Below are positions 17,208 through 17,950 of a DNA stretch of 17,950 bases, one piece after another. The notes below the pieces were generated by a model, which saw nothing but the letters and a program-made list of their open reading frames with translations, was not told the DNA's origin and did no database searches. A program made the translations under genes and the position numbers. Source of the DNA: Fimbriimonadales bacterium (GTDB lineage: Bacteria; Armatimonadota; Fimbriimonadia; Fimbriimonadales; JABRVX01). The stretch lies in the NCBI GenBank assembly GCA_045862955.1, contig BTVI01000052.1, forward strand, positions 1 to 17,950, read 5' to 3'. Positions within the stretch are counted from its first letter, which is position 1. Every line of letters begins with the position of its first letter.

Positions 17208-17946
17208 GCCCCATCCTCCTTCGGTGATGAGGTCGAGGAGGACGACGAGGAAGAGGAGGGCGGTGAGGGCGATGAGGACGAGGAGGACGGTGAGGACGAG
17301 ACTGCTACCCCCCCGGCAAACGCAACAACCACCCCCCCGTCATGCTGAGCCTGTCGAAGCATGACAGCGGATGCCGCGTCCGCAGCACCTTAAGCCGTTG
17401 ACGTCCTGCCCACGTGCGCATGCTTCGACAAGCTCAGCATGACGTCTCCAGCGCCCCATCCTCCTTCGGTGACGAGGTCGAGGAGGACGAGGAGGACGGT
17501 GAGGACGATGAGGACGGTGAGGACGAGACTGCTACCCCCCCGGGAACGCAACAACCACCCCCCGTGGAGGGGGTGGTGGGGGAGGAATGAGGGGGGTGGG
17601 CCCCGGGCCGCCGCCTACTTCCTCCTCCGGCTCCGCCCGCCCGGGGGGGTGGTTGTTGCGTTTGCCGGGGGGGGTAGCAGTCTCGTCCTCACCGTCCTCC
17701 TCGTTTTCCTCGCCCTCCTCTTCCTCGTCGTCATCATCGTCCTCACCGTCCTCCTCGTCCTCCTCTTCCTCCTCGACCTCGTCACCGAAGGAGGATGGGG
17801 CGCTGGAGACGTCATGCTGAGCTTGTCGAAGCATGGACACGCAGGCAGCACGTCAACGGCTTCAGGCCACACGGTAATCGCGTCCTCACCACCCACAGCG
17901 TCATGCTGAGCTTGTCGAAGCATGCGCACGTGGGCAGCACGTCAAC
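17208..17946. repeat. Composite repeat: three copies of a module containing a GAG/GAC minisatellite (two direct, one inverted) plus four REP-like palindromes
   Basis: Modules at about 17208-17339 (+), 17453-17564 (+) and 17643-17801 (-); REPs at 17339-17365 (+), 17419-17443 (-), 17811-17835 (+), 17900-17924 (+). Confidence 0.92.
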
Positions 17947-17950
17947 AGCT

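Noticed and set aside
17532..17840. Acidic Asp/Glu-rich protein (possible DNA mimic)
   Set aside because: Starts inside the REP with no RBS, and the paralogous modules shift frame relative to each other after the C-run.

Overview
GC-rich bacterial chromosomal segment; Armatimonadota-like origin is an inference from the dockerin-tailed secreted protein. Nine credible CDSs: on the minus strand ftsK, an AddB-like nuclease and an AddA helicase-nuclease; divergent purS-purQ with no purL next to them; a secreted protein with a C-terminal dockerin-like double EF-hand; and a translationally coupled GT4 glycosyltransferase / HddA-like GHMP kinase / sugar-1-phosphate nucleotidyltransferase operon. The unusual content is non-coding. 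About 3 kb consists of four repeat clusters built on a 25-27 bp REP-like palindrome, GTCATGCTGAGC(C/T)TGTCGAAGCATGAC (26 copies counted by eye). Each cluster has a different architecture: a 462-bp higher-order array of inverted doublets (1-918), a nested-IR hairpin between ftsK and addB (7409-7601), a CRISPR-mimicking array of 12 direct copies with three shuffled linker types (10851-12165), and a large inverted repeat carrying a 9-nt minisatellite (17208-17946). A second ~71-bp hairpin family is interleaved in two clusters. No transposase/RAYT or cas gene is present in the window. A structured ~160-nt leader upstream of the secreted protein is a candidate cis-regulatory RNA. All calls come from motif reading alone; novelty cannot be established without searches.
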